Below, one piece after another: positions 45,065 to 52,803 of a stretch of DNA of 58,030 nt (its first letter is position 1; every line of letters begins with the position of its first letter). The notes beneath the pieces are model-generated. The model had not been told where the DNA came from and did not search any database. It saw only the letters and a program-made list of their open reading frames with translations. The translations under genes were made by a program, and so were the position numbers. This DNA is from Gammaproteobacteria bacterium (GTDB taxonomy: Bacteria; Pseudomonadota; Gammaproteobacteria; Steroidobacterales; Rariloculaceae). The stretch is from NCBI GenBank assembly GCA_036274615.1, contig DASUFK010000078.1, positions 1 through 58,030 on the forward strand, given 5' to 3'.

Positions 45065-46237
45065 ATGAATCTCTATCTAAGCGACATGGGCGTGATCAAC
45101 GCGCTCGGCGCCGGGAAAGCGCGCGTACGCGAGCGCTTGCTCGAGGCGGACCAGTCCGGAATGGTTTCCCACGGCTCGCTGCTCACCGGACGTTCGACGA
45201 CGGTAGCGCGCGTGCGCGAGGAGCTACGGCCCCTGCCCGCGTCGCTGGCGGAGTTCGACTGCCGCAACAATAGGCTGCTCGCGGCCGCACTCGACCAGAT
45301 CGCGCCGTCAGTGGCCGCGTTGCGCGCCACCGTGCCGGCCGAACGGATCGCGGTCGTGATCGGCACGAGCACGTCGGGAATCGCCGCCGGCGAGGAAGCC
45401 ATCGTCGAGCTCACGGCGAAGGGCCGATTTCCCGCCGCGTTTCATTACCGGCAACAGGAAATCGGGATGACGGCGGAGCTCGCGGCGCGCTATCTCGACT
45501 TGCCCGGGCTCCGCTACACCATCTCCACTGCTTGCTCGTCGTCGGCCAAGGCCTTCGCGTCGGCGCGTCGGCTCTTCGACTCCGGCCGCTGCGACGCGGC
45601 GATCGTGGGCGGCGCCGACAGCCTCTGCGCTCTCACGTTGAACGGGTTCGATTCGCTCGACTCGCTCGCGGTAGACGTCTGCAACCCCTTCAGCGCCAAT
45701 CGCCGCGGCATCAACATCGGCGAGGGCGCGTGCGTGTTCCTGATGACCCGCTCGCCCGGCCCCGTGAGGCTGTGCGGCGTGGGCGAGTCGTCCGACGGAT
45801 ATCACATGTCGGCGCCCGATCCCGACGGCCGAGGCGCCGAGATCGCGATGACGGCGGCGCTCGGCGAAGCGGGGCTCGACCCCGCGGACATCGGCTACAT
45901 CAACCTGCACGGCACCGCCACGCCGAAGAACGACGAGATGGAAAGCCGCGTGGTCGCCCGCCTGTTCGGTCTCGACGTGCCGTGCGGCTCCACCAAGGCG
46001 CTCATCGGCCATACCCTCGGCGCGGCCGGCGCACAGGAGCTCGGGCTCTGCTGGCTGCTTCTGACCGGGGACGACGACCGGCGGCTGCCGCGTCACGTGT
46101 GGGACGGAGTCCGCGATCCGGCCCTGCCCCCGATCAACTTGATCGACGACGGCGTTCGTTGGCGGCGCGACGTGTTCGTCTCGAACTCGTTCGCGTTCGG
46201 CGGCAGCAACACGAGCGTGGTGATAGGCAGGGCTTGA
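45065..46237 (+). CDS. beta-ketoacyl-ACP synthase (FabF/FabB-like elongating KS, ApeO-like)
   Basis: 'ISTACSSS' active-site Cys, with 'DGYHMSAP' and 'NLHGTATP' His residues. Start at 45065 or 45029. Confidence 0.9.
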   Translation: MNLYLSDMGVINALGAGKARVRERLLEADQSGMVSHGSLLTGRSTTVARVREELRPLPASLAEFDCRNNRLLAAALDQIAPSVAALRATVPAERIAVVIGTSTSGIAAGEEAIVELTAKGRFPAAFHYRQQEIGMTAELAARYLDLPGLRYTISTACSSSAKAFASARRLFDSGRCDAAIVGGADSLCALTLNGFDSLDSLAVDVCNPFSANRRGINIGEGACVFLMTRSPGPVRLCGVGESSDGYHMSAPDPDGRGAEIAMTAALGEAGLDPADIGYINLHGTATPKNDEMESRVVARLFGLDVPCGSTKALIGHTLGAAGAQELGLCWLLLTGDDDRRLPRHVWDGVRDPALPPINLIDDGVRWRRDVFVSNSFAFGGSNTSVVIGRA

Positions 46238-46698
46238 TGGATCCCAGCGTCATCCCGATCGCCGAGCTGCTGCCGCATGGCCCCGGCATGATCGTGATCG
46301 ATCGTCTCGTGATCCACGACGGCACGAGGTCGGTGGCGCGGTCGAAGGTACGGCGCACCAGCAAGTTCTTCGACGGAAGCGGCGTGCCCAGCTGGGCCGG
46401 CATCGAGTACATGGCTCAGACGGTTGCCGCGCGCGCGGGCTTCGAGGCGCGGATGGGCGGCAGACCGCCGCGGATCGGCTTCTTGCTCGGCGCGCGCTCG
46501 TACGAGTGCCTGGCACCGGAATTTCCGCTGGACGCGGAGCTCGACATCGCCGTGGAGCCGCTGTTCGCGGAGCACGGCCTCGGCTCGTTCAGGTGCGTGG
46601 TAGAGCACGAGGGGCCGCTGGCGCGCGCCGTCATCAGCACCTACCAGCCGAGCGACGAAGAGATCGCGCGGATCAAGACGCGCTCCTTGCAACGCTGA
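46237..46698 (+). CDS. hotdog-fold dehydratase-like protein lacking the HFP catalytic motif (ApeP-like)
   Basis: TGATG overlap. It has the 'LLPHGPGMIVIDRL' FabZ N-motif and 'IEYMAQTVAA', but reads 'FFDGSGVPSWAG' where GHFP..PV.PG is expected. Confidence 0.7.
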   Translation: MDPSVIPIAELLPHGPGMIVIDRLVIHDGTRSVARSKVRRTSKFFDGSGVPSWAGIEYMAQTVAARAGFEARMGGRPPRIGFLLGARSYECLAPEFPLDAELDIAVEPLFAEHGLGSFRCVVEHEGPLARAVISTYQPSDEEIARIKTRSLQR

Positions 46699-47420
46699 TG
46701 CGCTCCGTATTGGTCACAGGCGCCAGCAAGGGCATCGGAGCCGCCACGGCCGTTGCGCTCGGCGCGGCGGGCTTCGAGGTGGCAGTCCATTACCACGGCG
46801 ACCGAGACGGAGCCGAGAGCACTCGATCCGGGATCGACGCTGCGGGCGGAAAGTCGCGCGTCATCCAATTCGACGTGCGCGATCGCACCGCGTGCCGAGC
46901 GGCGATCGAGGACGACATCGGGGTCCACGGCGCCTACTACGGCGTGGTGAGCAACGCAGGTGTCTACCGCGACAACGTCTTTCCGGCGCTCACGGGCACG
47001 GACTGGGACGACGTCATCCGTACCGATCTCGACGGTTTCTACAACGTGCTGCATCCGTGCGTCATGCCGATGATTCAAGCGCGGCAAGGCGGGCGCATCG
47101 TCGCGGTCTCGTCGGTCTCGGGAATTCTCGGCAACCGCGGTCAGGTCAACTACAGCGCGGCCAAGGCCGGCCTCATCGGAGCGACGAAGGCCCTCGCGCT
47201 CGAGCTCGCGAAGCGCGCGATCACCGTGAATTGCGTCGCGCCGGGGCTCGTCGACACCGGCATGCTCGCGGCCGCGGACTTGGACCAGATGCTGAAAGCG
47301 GTGCCCGCCCGCCGGCTCGGCCGTCCCGAAGAAGTGGCCGGCTTGATCTCGTATCTATTCTCGGATCTCGCGGCCTACATCACCCATCAAGTGATCAGCA
47401 TCGACGGCGGATTGTCGTGA
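46698..47420 (+). CDS. fabG: 3-oxoacyl-ACP reductase
   Basis: TGATG overlap. 'VTGASKGIG' Rossmann motif, 'NAG', 'SSVSG' and 'YSAAKAG' catalytic YxxxK. Confidence 0.9.
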   Translation: MRSVLVTGASKGIGAATAVALGAAGFEVAVHYHGDRDGAESTRSGIDAAGGKSRVIQFDVRDRTACRAAIEDDIGVHGAYYGVVSNAGVYRDNVFPALTGTDWDDVIRTDLDGFYNVLHPCVMPMIQARQGGRIVAVSSVSGILGNRGQVNYSAAKAGLIGATKALALELAKRAITVNCVAPGLVDTGMLAAADLDQMLKAVPARRLGRPEEVAGLISYLFSDLAAYITHQVISIDGGLS

Positions 47421-48124
47421 CGAGCGGCGCCGCGAGCCGGGTTCGCGTGTACTGCGCCGAGATCGGCGGCGCCTGGGCGCGCGCGGGCGCCGATCTGCTC
47501 ACCGGCGAAGACCTCGCCCGGCTCTCGGGTCTCCGCCGCGAGCGCCGCCGCGCCGAGTATCTGGCGGGCCGCGCGCTGCTGCGGTTCGCGCTGCAGAGCG
47601 CCACCGGCCTTCCCGCGCCCTCGCACCGCCTACGTACCTCGGTCACTGGCAAACCGGAATGCGTGGACGGGCCCGCGGTGAGCGTTTCGCACAACGGGCC
47701 ATTCGCCGCTTGCGCGGTCGCACCGCTCGGCGAGATCGGCATCGACGTCCAGTTGCCGTCACCCAAGCGGCGAACCGAAGACATCGCGCGCGAACACTTC
47801 ACCGCCGGCGAGAACGAGTGGCTACGCGGCCGGCCGGGCGATGCGTTCTACATGCTGTGGGTCTTGAAGGAAGCCTATTTGAAAGCCACCGGGGCGGGAT
47901 TGGCGGGCGGGCTCCGCTCCCTCGAGTGCAGCGTCGACGGGCCGACCATCCGCTGCCGTGTCGCCGCGGGGGACACGCCGGCGCTCGCGCTCTACCGCAT
48001 CGGGCCGGGATTCCTCGGCCTCGCGGCGACCGGCCACCGGCTCTCGCCTGCTCGCGCGACGTTCGCCGGTGCGCCCGAGGCGGGCGCGATGCCCGCGATC
48101 TCCTTCATTGCTTCGAGCTCGTAG
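47417..48124 (+). CDS. 4'-phosphopantetheinyl transferase (Sfp/EntD type)
   Basis: GTGA overlap with the fabG stop. 'GKPE', 'SVSHNG', 'GIDVQ' and 'WVLKEAYLKATG' motifs. Confidence 0.8.
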   Translation: MTSGAASRVRVYCAEIGGAWARAGADLLTGEDLARLSGLRRERRRAEYLAGRALLRFALQSATGLPAPSHRLRTSVTGKPECVDGPAVSVSHNGPFAACAVAPLGEIGIDVQLPSPKRRTEDIAREHFTAGENEWLRGRPGDAFYMLWVLKEAYLKATGAGLAGGLRSLECSVDGPTIRCRVAAGDTPALALYRIGPGFLGLAATGHRLSPARATFAGAPEAGAMPAISFIASSS

Positions 48125-48779
48125 GATACGGCCGCCCGGCGGCGGCCTGCGCGCGCAGGTCGGCGTAGTGACTCCGGAAGCTCGCGCGCGTATTCACGTG
48201 CGGAAACGGCGTTGCGGGAACCGGGAGATCGAGAAATCGGCAGAGCGGCTCCCAGCCCCGCGCCAAGTCGCACACGAGCAGGCGCTCCGGCCGCACCTCC
48301 GCGAGCACGTCGGCCTCGTGCCTCCTCCGCACGTCGATCGCGTGCTGCATGTCGTCCGCGCGCCCCTGAAACGTGCGTTCGAGAACGACTTCGCGAGTCA
48401 CGTCGTAGATCGCCCGCAGCGGCAGAGCCTTCGGAGGCGCGAGCCCTTGCGCCTTGTCCAAGATCGTGTCGCGAAAGCTCGCGTACCACGACGTGTCTTC
48501 GCGCACCGTCAGGATCACGCGTACGTCCGGATAAGCCGCCACGATGTCGCGCCAAAACGCCGCCGCGGGCCAATCGACCGCGGCCGCAAACTCGGCGAAC
48601 ACGCCGCGGCAGTCGAGGGGCTCGCCGCGCGCGGCGCGAAGCCACAGGTCGGCGTGCGCTCGGCGAACGGCGAGCTCCATCATGTGATAGCACGGACCCA
48701 CGCCGAGCGCTTCGAGAGCGAGCTTCAACGACAGCGTGCCGGTGCGGCCGAAGCCGACACCTAGAACTCGCAGAGTCAT
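48105..48779 (-). CDS. sulfotransferase family protein (Sulfotransfer_4-like)
   Basis: 'VLGVGFGRTGTLSLKLALEALGVGPCYHM' PAPS-binding P-loop-like start, 'AAVDWPAAAFW', and 'YPDVRVILTVRED..WY.S'. 3' part of ORF 48105..49457. Confidence 0.8.
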   Translation of the reverse strand: MTLRVLGVGFGRTGTLSLKLALEALGVGPCYHMMELAVRRAHADLWLRAARGEPLDCRGVFAEFAAAVDWPAAAFWRDIVAAYPDVRVILTVREDTSWYASFRDTILDKAQGLAPPKALPLRAIYDVTREVVLERTFQGRADDMQHAIDVRRRHEADVLAEVRPERLLVCDLARGWEPLCRFLDLPVPATPFPHVNTRASFRSHYADLRAQAAAGRPYPTSSKQ

Positions 48780-48891
48780 GAGCGCGTTAGTGTACTTGAA
48801 CGGCCTCGACGAGCGGCGCGCCGAAGGGCGAACGCTTCCGCCGATGGTGTAGCATGGCGTCCGTTTCAAACGCAGCGCCCGGAGAGCAACC

Positions 48892-50154
48892 ATGAACATC
48901 GCCTTGCGCGTATGCACCGCAGTCGTCTGCTGCCTGCCGGCGCTCGCCGGCGCGCAAGACCTCACGATCACCAACGCCCGGATTCTCGACGGCACCGGAC
49001 GCGTCATCGACAACGGCACCGTGGTCGTCACCGGCGGCAAGATCGTGTCGGTGTCCACGAACGCGTCCCCCCCGGGGCGCGGCCGGGGGCCCGACGTCGG
49101 CGGCGGCACGATCGACGCCGGCGGCAAGACCGTGATGCCGGGATTCATCGACGCACACCGGCACCTCGTGGCGGGCGACAACCCCCAATGGTTGACGAAG
49201 GACGCGCCGAAGCAGCTCCAGGAGCTCCTCGACGCCGGGTTCACGAGCGTGCTGTCGGCCATCGACCCGCCGTCGGTGCTCGAGGCGCGCAACCAGATCC
49301 GCGCCGGCAAGCTGCGCGGACCGCGGCTGTATGCCGGCGCGCTGATTCCGGTGTCGGGGATGGCGTTCGCGCCCGGCAGCGATCCGGCGCGCACGGATCC
49401 CTCACGCGGCCCGCTGCCGCCGCAGGCGCCGGCGATCCCGCGCGACGCCACGATCAAGGCCGTCGACGACGCGGCGAAGGCCGGCTACGACTACCTGAAG
49501 GTCGTCATGGTCACCACGGCCAACGGGCCGGAGCTCGAGACGCTGAAGCTCATCGTGTCCGAAGGCAAGAAGCGTAACCTGCCCACGATCGTGCACGCGG
49601 TGAGCATCCGCGACACGCTCGCGGCCGTGGCGGCGGCACCCGCCGTGCTCGTGCACACGCCGCACATCGGCAATCTCGGCGACGACCAGGCCGCGCTCAA
49701 GAAGATCGTCGACGCGCGCATCCCGATGACGTCGACGCTCGCCGTATTCATTCCGCACTTCGACGCCGCCAACAAGCCGCTGTTCCGCGACGCGCAGCCG
49801 TTCCCGTGGAACACGCTGTCGAGCGGCGGCCAGGGTCCCGAGAACGCGCGCCTGCTCTGGGAGAACGGCCTCGTGAGCTACGGCTACGGCACCGACACGC
49901 AGTGGCCGCCGAAGCAGTCGCTCGCCGACGAGGTCCGCGCGCTCGAGCTCGTCTTCTCGCCGGCCGACGTGGTGAAGATCCTCACCCAAGGCGCAGCCAA
50001 GTCGACGCTGCACGACGCCGAGATCGGCACGCTCGAGCCCGGCAAGCTCGCCGACCTCGTGATCGTCGACGGCGATCCGTTGAAGACCACGGAGGCGCTG
50101 CAGCACGTGGTCACCACCATCAAGGGCGGCGAGATCGTCTTCCGCCAGAAATAG
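48892..50154 (+). CDS. amidohydrolase family protein, secreted
   Basis: Signal peptide. 'ITNARILDGTG...VVVTGGKIVSV' and 'VMPGFIDAHRHL' metal-binding motif. Confidence 0.85.
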   Translation: MNIALRVCTAVVCCLPALAGAQDLTITNARILDGTGRVIDNGTVVVTGGKIVSVSTNASPPGRGRGPDVGGGTIDAGGKTVMPGFIDAHRHLVAGDNPQWLTKDAPKQLQELLDAGFTSVLSAIDPPSVLEARNQIRAGKLRGPRLYAGALIPVSGMAFAPGSDPARTDPSRGPLPPQAPAIPRDATIKAVDDAAKAGYDYLKVVMVTTANGPELETLKLIVSEGKKRNLPTIVHAVSIRDTLAAVAAAPAVLVHTPHIGNLGDDQAALKKIVDARIPMTSTLAVFIPHFDAANKPLFRDAQPFPWNTLSSGGQGPENARLLWENGLVSYGYGTDTQWPPKQSLADEVRALELVFSPADVVKILTQGAAKSTLHDAEIGTLEPGKLADLVIVDGDPLKTTEALQHVVTTIKGGEIVFRQK

Positions 50155-50171
50155 GGACAGGTTACTTTTTC
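50148..50171. repeat. solo half-copy of the family A element (GAAATAGGGACAGGTTACTTTTTC)
   Basis: From AAATAG onward it matches the left arm at 57874 (that arm has CGAAAAATAG, two extra A). It contains the TAG stop of the amidohydrolase gene. No complementary arm within the next 250 nt. Confidence 0.8.
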
Positions 50172-50292
50172 ACTCGTGGCGCAGCGCCTGCGTCGGCGCC
50201 CCACGCGCCCCGGGCCGCGCTCGATCCAACGAGATGCGAGCTGAGATTCGGAGCCACGCCGCGTTCCGCAGACCCCGTCAGTCGTTCATGCC

Positions 50293-50322
50293 TTTACAAA
50301 TCTAGAGCTTCGCGCCTAGACT
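50293..50322 (+). promoter_or_regulatory. possible sigma70 promoter TTTACA-N18-TAGACT for the GT87 operon
   Basis: A/T-rich patch about 80 nt upstream of GTG 50400, which is preceded by a GGGGAG RBS. Confidence 0.25.
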
Positions 50323-50399
50323 CGAACCATAAGAAGTGTGAAGGCGCTTGCTTGCGGGGGGCAGGCGTACTCACCGGTCTCTAATCGGGGAGAAACAAC

Positions 50400-51599
50400 G
50401 TGTCGGTCGTCGGCGAGGCTGTCGCTCGTCGCGCGCACGCTCTGGATGCCCGCCTCGGCAGTGAAAGCCGGGCGTGGGCAATCTGGGCATGCTTCGCGGC
50501 TTTGGTGGTGGTGGCGCGGCTCGATGCCGTGGACGCCATCGAGAACGTGTTCACCGTCTACCGCGAGGCAGGGCTGCGGTGGCTGGACGGGCGGGATCTC
50601 TATCCGGCGGAATTCCATTTCAACTACTTCCCGCCGTCCGCGGTGCTGTTCACGGGTTGGGGAGGGCTCTCCTTCGAGGTCGGCGGCGCACTGTGGCGCA
50701 TCGTGAATCTCGGGGTGTTCGCGTTCGGCGTGTGGAGACTCAGCCGCTGCGGCGATCCGGCGGGCTCGTCGAAGCGCTTCTTGATTGCCACCGTGGTCAC
50801 GGTGGTATTGAGCGCGAGCGCCGCCCGCTACGGTCAGATGACGCTCGCGATGGCGGGCATGATGATGGCGGCGGTGGCCTACGCCGAAAGCGGGGCGTTA
50901 TGGCGGGCGGCGGTCTGCGCCGCGCTCGCCGTGGCGCTGAAGCCGCTCGCGGTCGTGCTCCTGCTGCTCCTGTTCGTGCTTTATCCACGCCTGAGCTGGC
51001 GAATGGCCGTCGCGCTCACTGCGTTCTTTCTGTTGCCGTTCCTGTTTCAGCACGCGGACTACGTGTGGCGGCAATACGAGGCCGTGCCGGCGATGCTCGC
51101 AACCCGAGCGCGGCCGCAGTACGACTGGCAGCAAAACATCTTCGGGCTGCTCGACAAGCTCGGGTGGACCGTCAGCGGCGCTCAGAAAACGATCGTCAGC
51201 GGCGCGAGCGCGCTGCTCGTGCTGCTGCTCTGCTGGCGAGCGCGGCGGCGCGCGCCCGCCATCGGCGTCGAGCTGTCGATCTACGCGCTCGCGGCCTGCT
51301 ACATCCTGCTGCTCGGTAGCGGCACCGAGCGCAACACCTACGGGTTGCTGGCGCCGGTCGTGGGGCTCCTCGCCGCGAGGGCGTGGAGCGTTCGGGACCG
51401 CGGCCTGCTCCAGCTGGTGAGCGCCGTGATCCTGATCGACTTGCTGAGCCACACGTTGCAGCGCGCCTACCCTCAAACCGTGCTCGCGATGGTGAAACCG
51501 ATCGCGGGCCTCATCGTGCTCGCGTGGCTCGCATGGACAACGCTCCGCGTGCCGCCCGAAACGAGCAAGCTGGCGGCGCCGCCGGGTACTTCACCATGA
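50400..51599 (+). CDS. GT87 / DUF2029-family integral membrane glycosyltransferase-like protein
   Basis: GTG start. 'GLRWLDGRDLYP....FNYFPPSA' N-terminal loop and about 10 TM helices, typical of polyprenol-phosphate-sugar dependent GT-C enzymes. Confidence 0.7.
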   Translation: MSVVGEAVARRAHALDARLGSESRAWAIWACFAALVVVARLDAVDAIENVFTVYREAGLRWLDGRDLYPAEFHFNYFPPSAVLFTGWGGLSFEVGGALWRIVNLGVFAFGVWRLSRCGDPAGSSKRFLIATVVTVVLSASAARYGQMTLAMAGMMMAAVAYAESGALWRAAVCAALAVALKPLAVVLLLLLFVLYPRLSWRMAVALTAFFLLPFLFQHADYVWRQYEAVPAMLATRARPQYDWQQNIFGLLDKLGWTVSGAQKTIVSGASALLVLLLCWRARRRAPAIGVELSIYALAACYILLLGSGTERNTYGLLAPVVGLLAARAWSVRDRGLLQLVSAVILIDLLSHTLQRAYPQTVLAMVKPIAGLIVLAWLAWTTLRVPPETSKLAAPPGTSP

Positions 51600-52786
51600 G
51601 CGCCGTCGCATTTGCGTTGATCCGCTCGGCCATCGCGCGGCAATTCCTGGCCTTCACCGCGGTGGGCGCGGTCGGCACCGGGGTTCACTATGTAACGCTG
51701 ATCGCCGGGGTCTCGGCGGGGGTGGACCCGGTTGTCGCGTCCGGTTTCGGATGGGCGTTCGGCGCGGTTGCGAACTACCTTCTGAACTATCACCTCACCT
51801 TTCGGTCGCGCCTGGCTCATCGGCGCAGCATGCCGCGGTTTGCGCTGGTATCCGGAACCGGGCTGCTGCTCAACACGCTGCTGATGATCGTCGGCATCGA
51901 TTGGCTGGCGCTGCACTACCTCGTCGCGCAAGTCATCGCGACCGGCACCACACTGTGCTGGAACTTCGCGTTGAGCCGAATCTGGGCCTTCAAGGCGAGC
52001 CCCCGCGACGCCTCTCCGCGAGAGCTCGCGACCGAGACACGTGCCTTCGCGCAGACCGGCCCGCAACCGGTGTTGCGCCACCTCAAGGGCGCAGTGGCGC
52101 TCTGGTTGTGCGTCGCGCTCGTGGCCGCGGGCAGCGCGGGCTTCGTCGCCGGCGTTCGCGGCTGGCACGCCGGCGCGCGCATCGCCGAGCGCGGCGTCTT
52201 CGAGGCCGCTGCGGCGATCAACGGCAAAGCTATCGCGCCCGTAGGCAACGCCCATGACGCGAGCACGCGCTACCTGGCGCGCTACCGATTCACGGCCAAA
52301 GACGGCACGCGCTTCGAAGGCAGCGAAGAGGTGTCGCTGGAGCCTTGCGAGAGCGTGGCGGAGGGCAAGCCCGTGGCCATCTGCTATCTGCCCTCGCATT
52401 CCGCCGATGGCCCGGCGCGGCCCGGCCGTCCGTGGTGGATGTGGCCGCTGCTCAGCGGCATCGCGGGCGGAGTCGCCGTGCTCGGCGCCGCGCTGGCGGG
52501 CCCGGGCGTGCTGCGCCTGCAGGCGATTTCGCGCGTGCAGCGCTCGGGCACCGACGCACGAGCCACGGTGATCGACGTCGCGCCGATTTACACGCGTCTC
52601 GATCGCGGGCGGCATTGGCGCATACGCTACGAGTTCACCGACGGTCTCGGCAGAACGCAGGCCGGTAACAGCGAGCTCATGTCGCCCCGAGAAGCCGCGC
52701 AGTGGAGCGTCGGCGACGGCGTGGCCGTGCGGTTCGATCCGCACGCGCCGCGCAACAACTGCTGGCTCGGCACTCGCGTCTCCTAG
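51596..52786 (+). CDS. GtrA-family membrane protein fused to two DUF3592-like modules
   Basis: ATGA overlap. 'RQFLAFTAVGAVGTGVHY....NYLLNYHLTF....WNFALSRIWAF' is the GtrA fold. This is followed by two 'TM helix plus Y.F.DG....G......G..V.V.Y.P' modules. Confidence 0.7.
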   Translation: MSAVAFALIRSAIARQFLAFTAVGAVGTGVHYVTLIAGVSAGVDPVVASGFGWAFGAVANYLLNYHLTFRSRLAHRRSMPRFALVSGTGLLLNTLLMIVGIDWLALHYLVAQVIATGTTLCWNFALSRIWAFKASPRDASPRELATETRAFAQTGPQPVLRHLKGAVALWLCVALVAAGSAGFVAGVRGWHAGARIAERGVFEAAAAINGKAIAPVGNAHDASTRYLARYRFTAKDGTRFEGSEEVSLEPCESVAEGKPVAICYLPSHSADGPARPGRPWWMWPLLSGIAGGVAVLGAALAGPGVLRLQAISRVQRSGTDARATVIDVAPIYTRLDRGRHWRIRYEFTDGLGRTQAGNSELMSPREAAQWSVGDGVAVRFDPHAPRNNCWLGTRVS

Positions 52787-52803
52787 GCCATTGCGGCCAC
52801 GAC

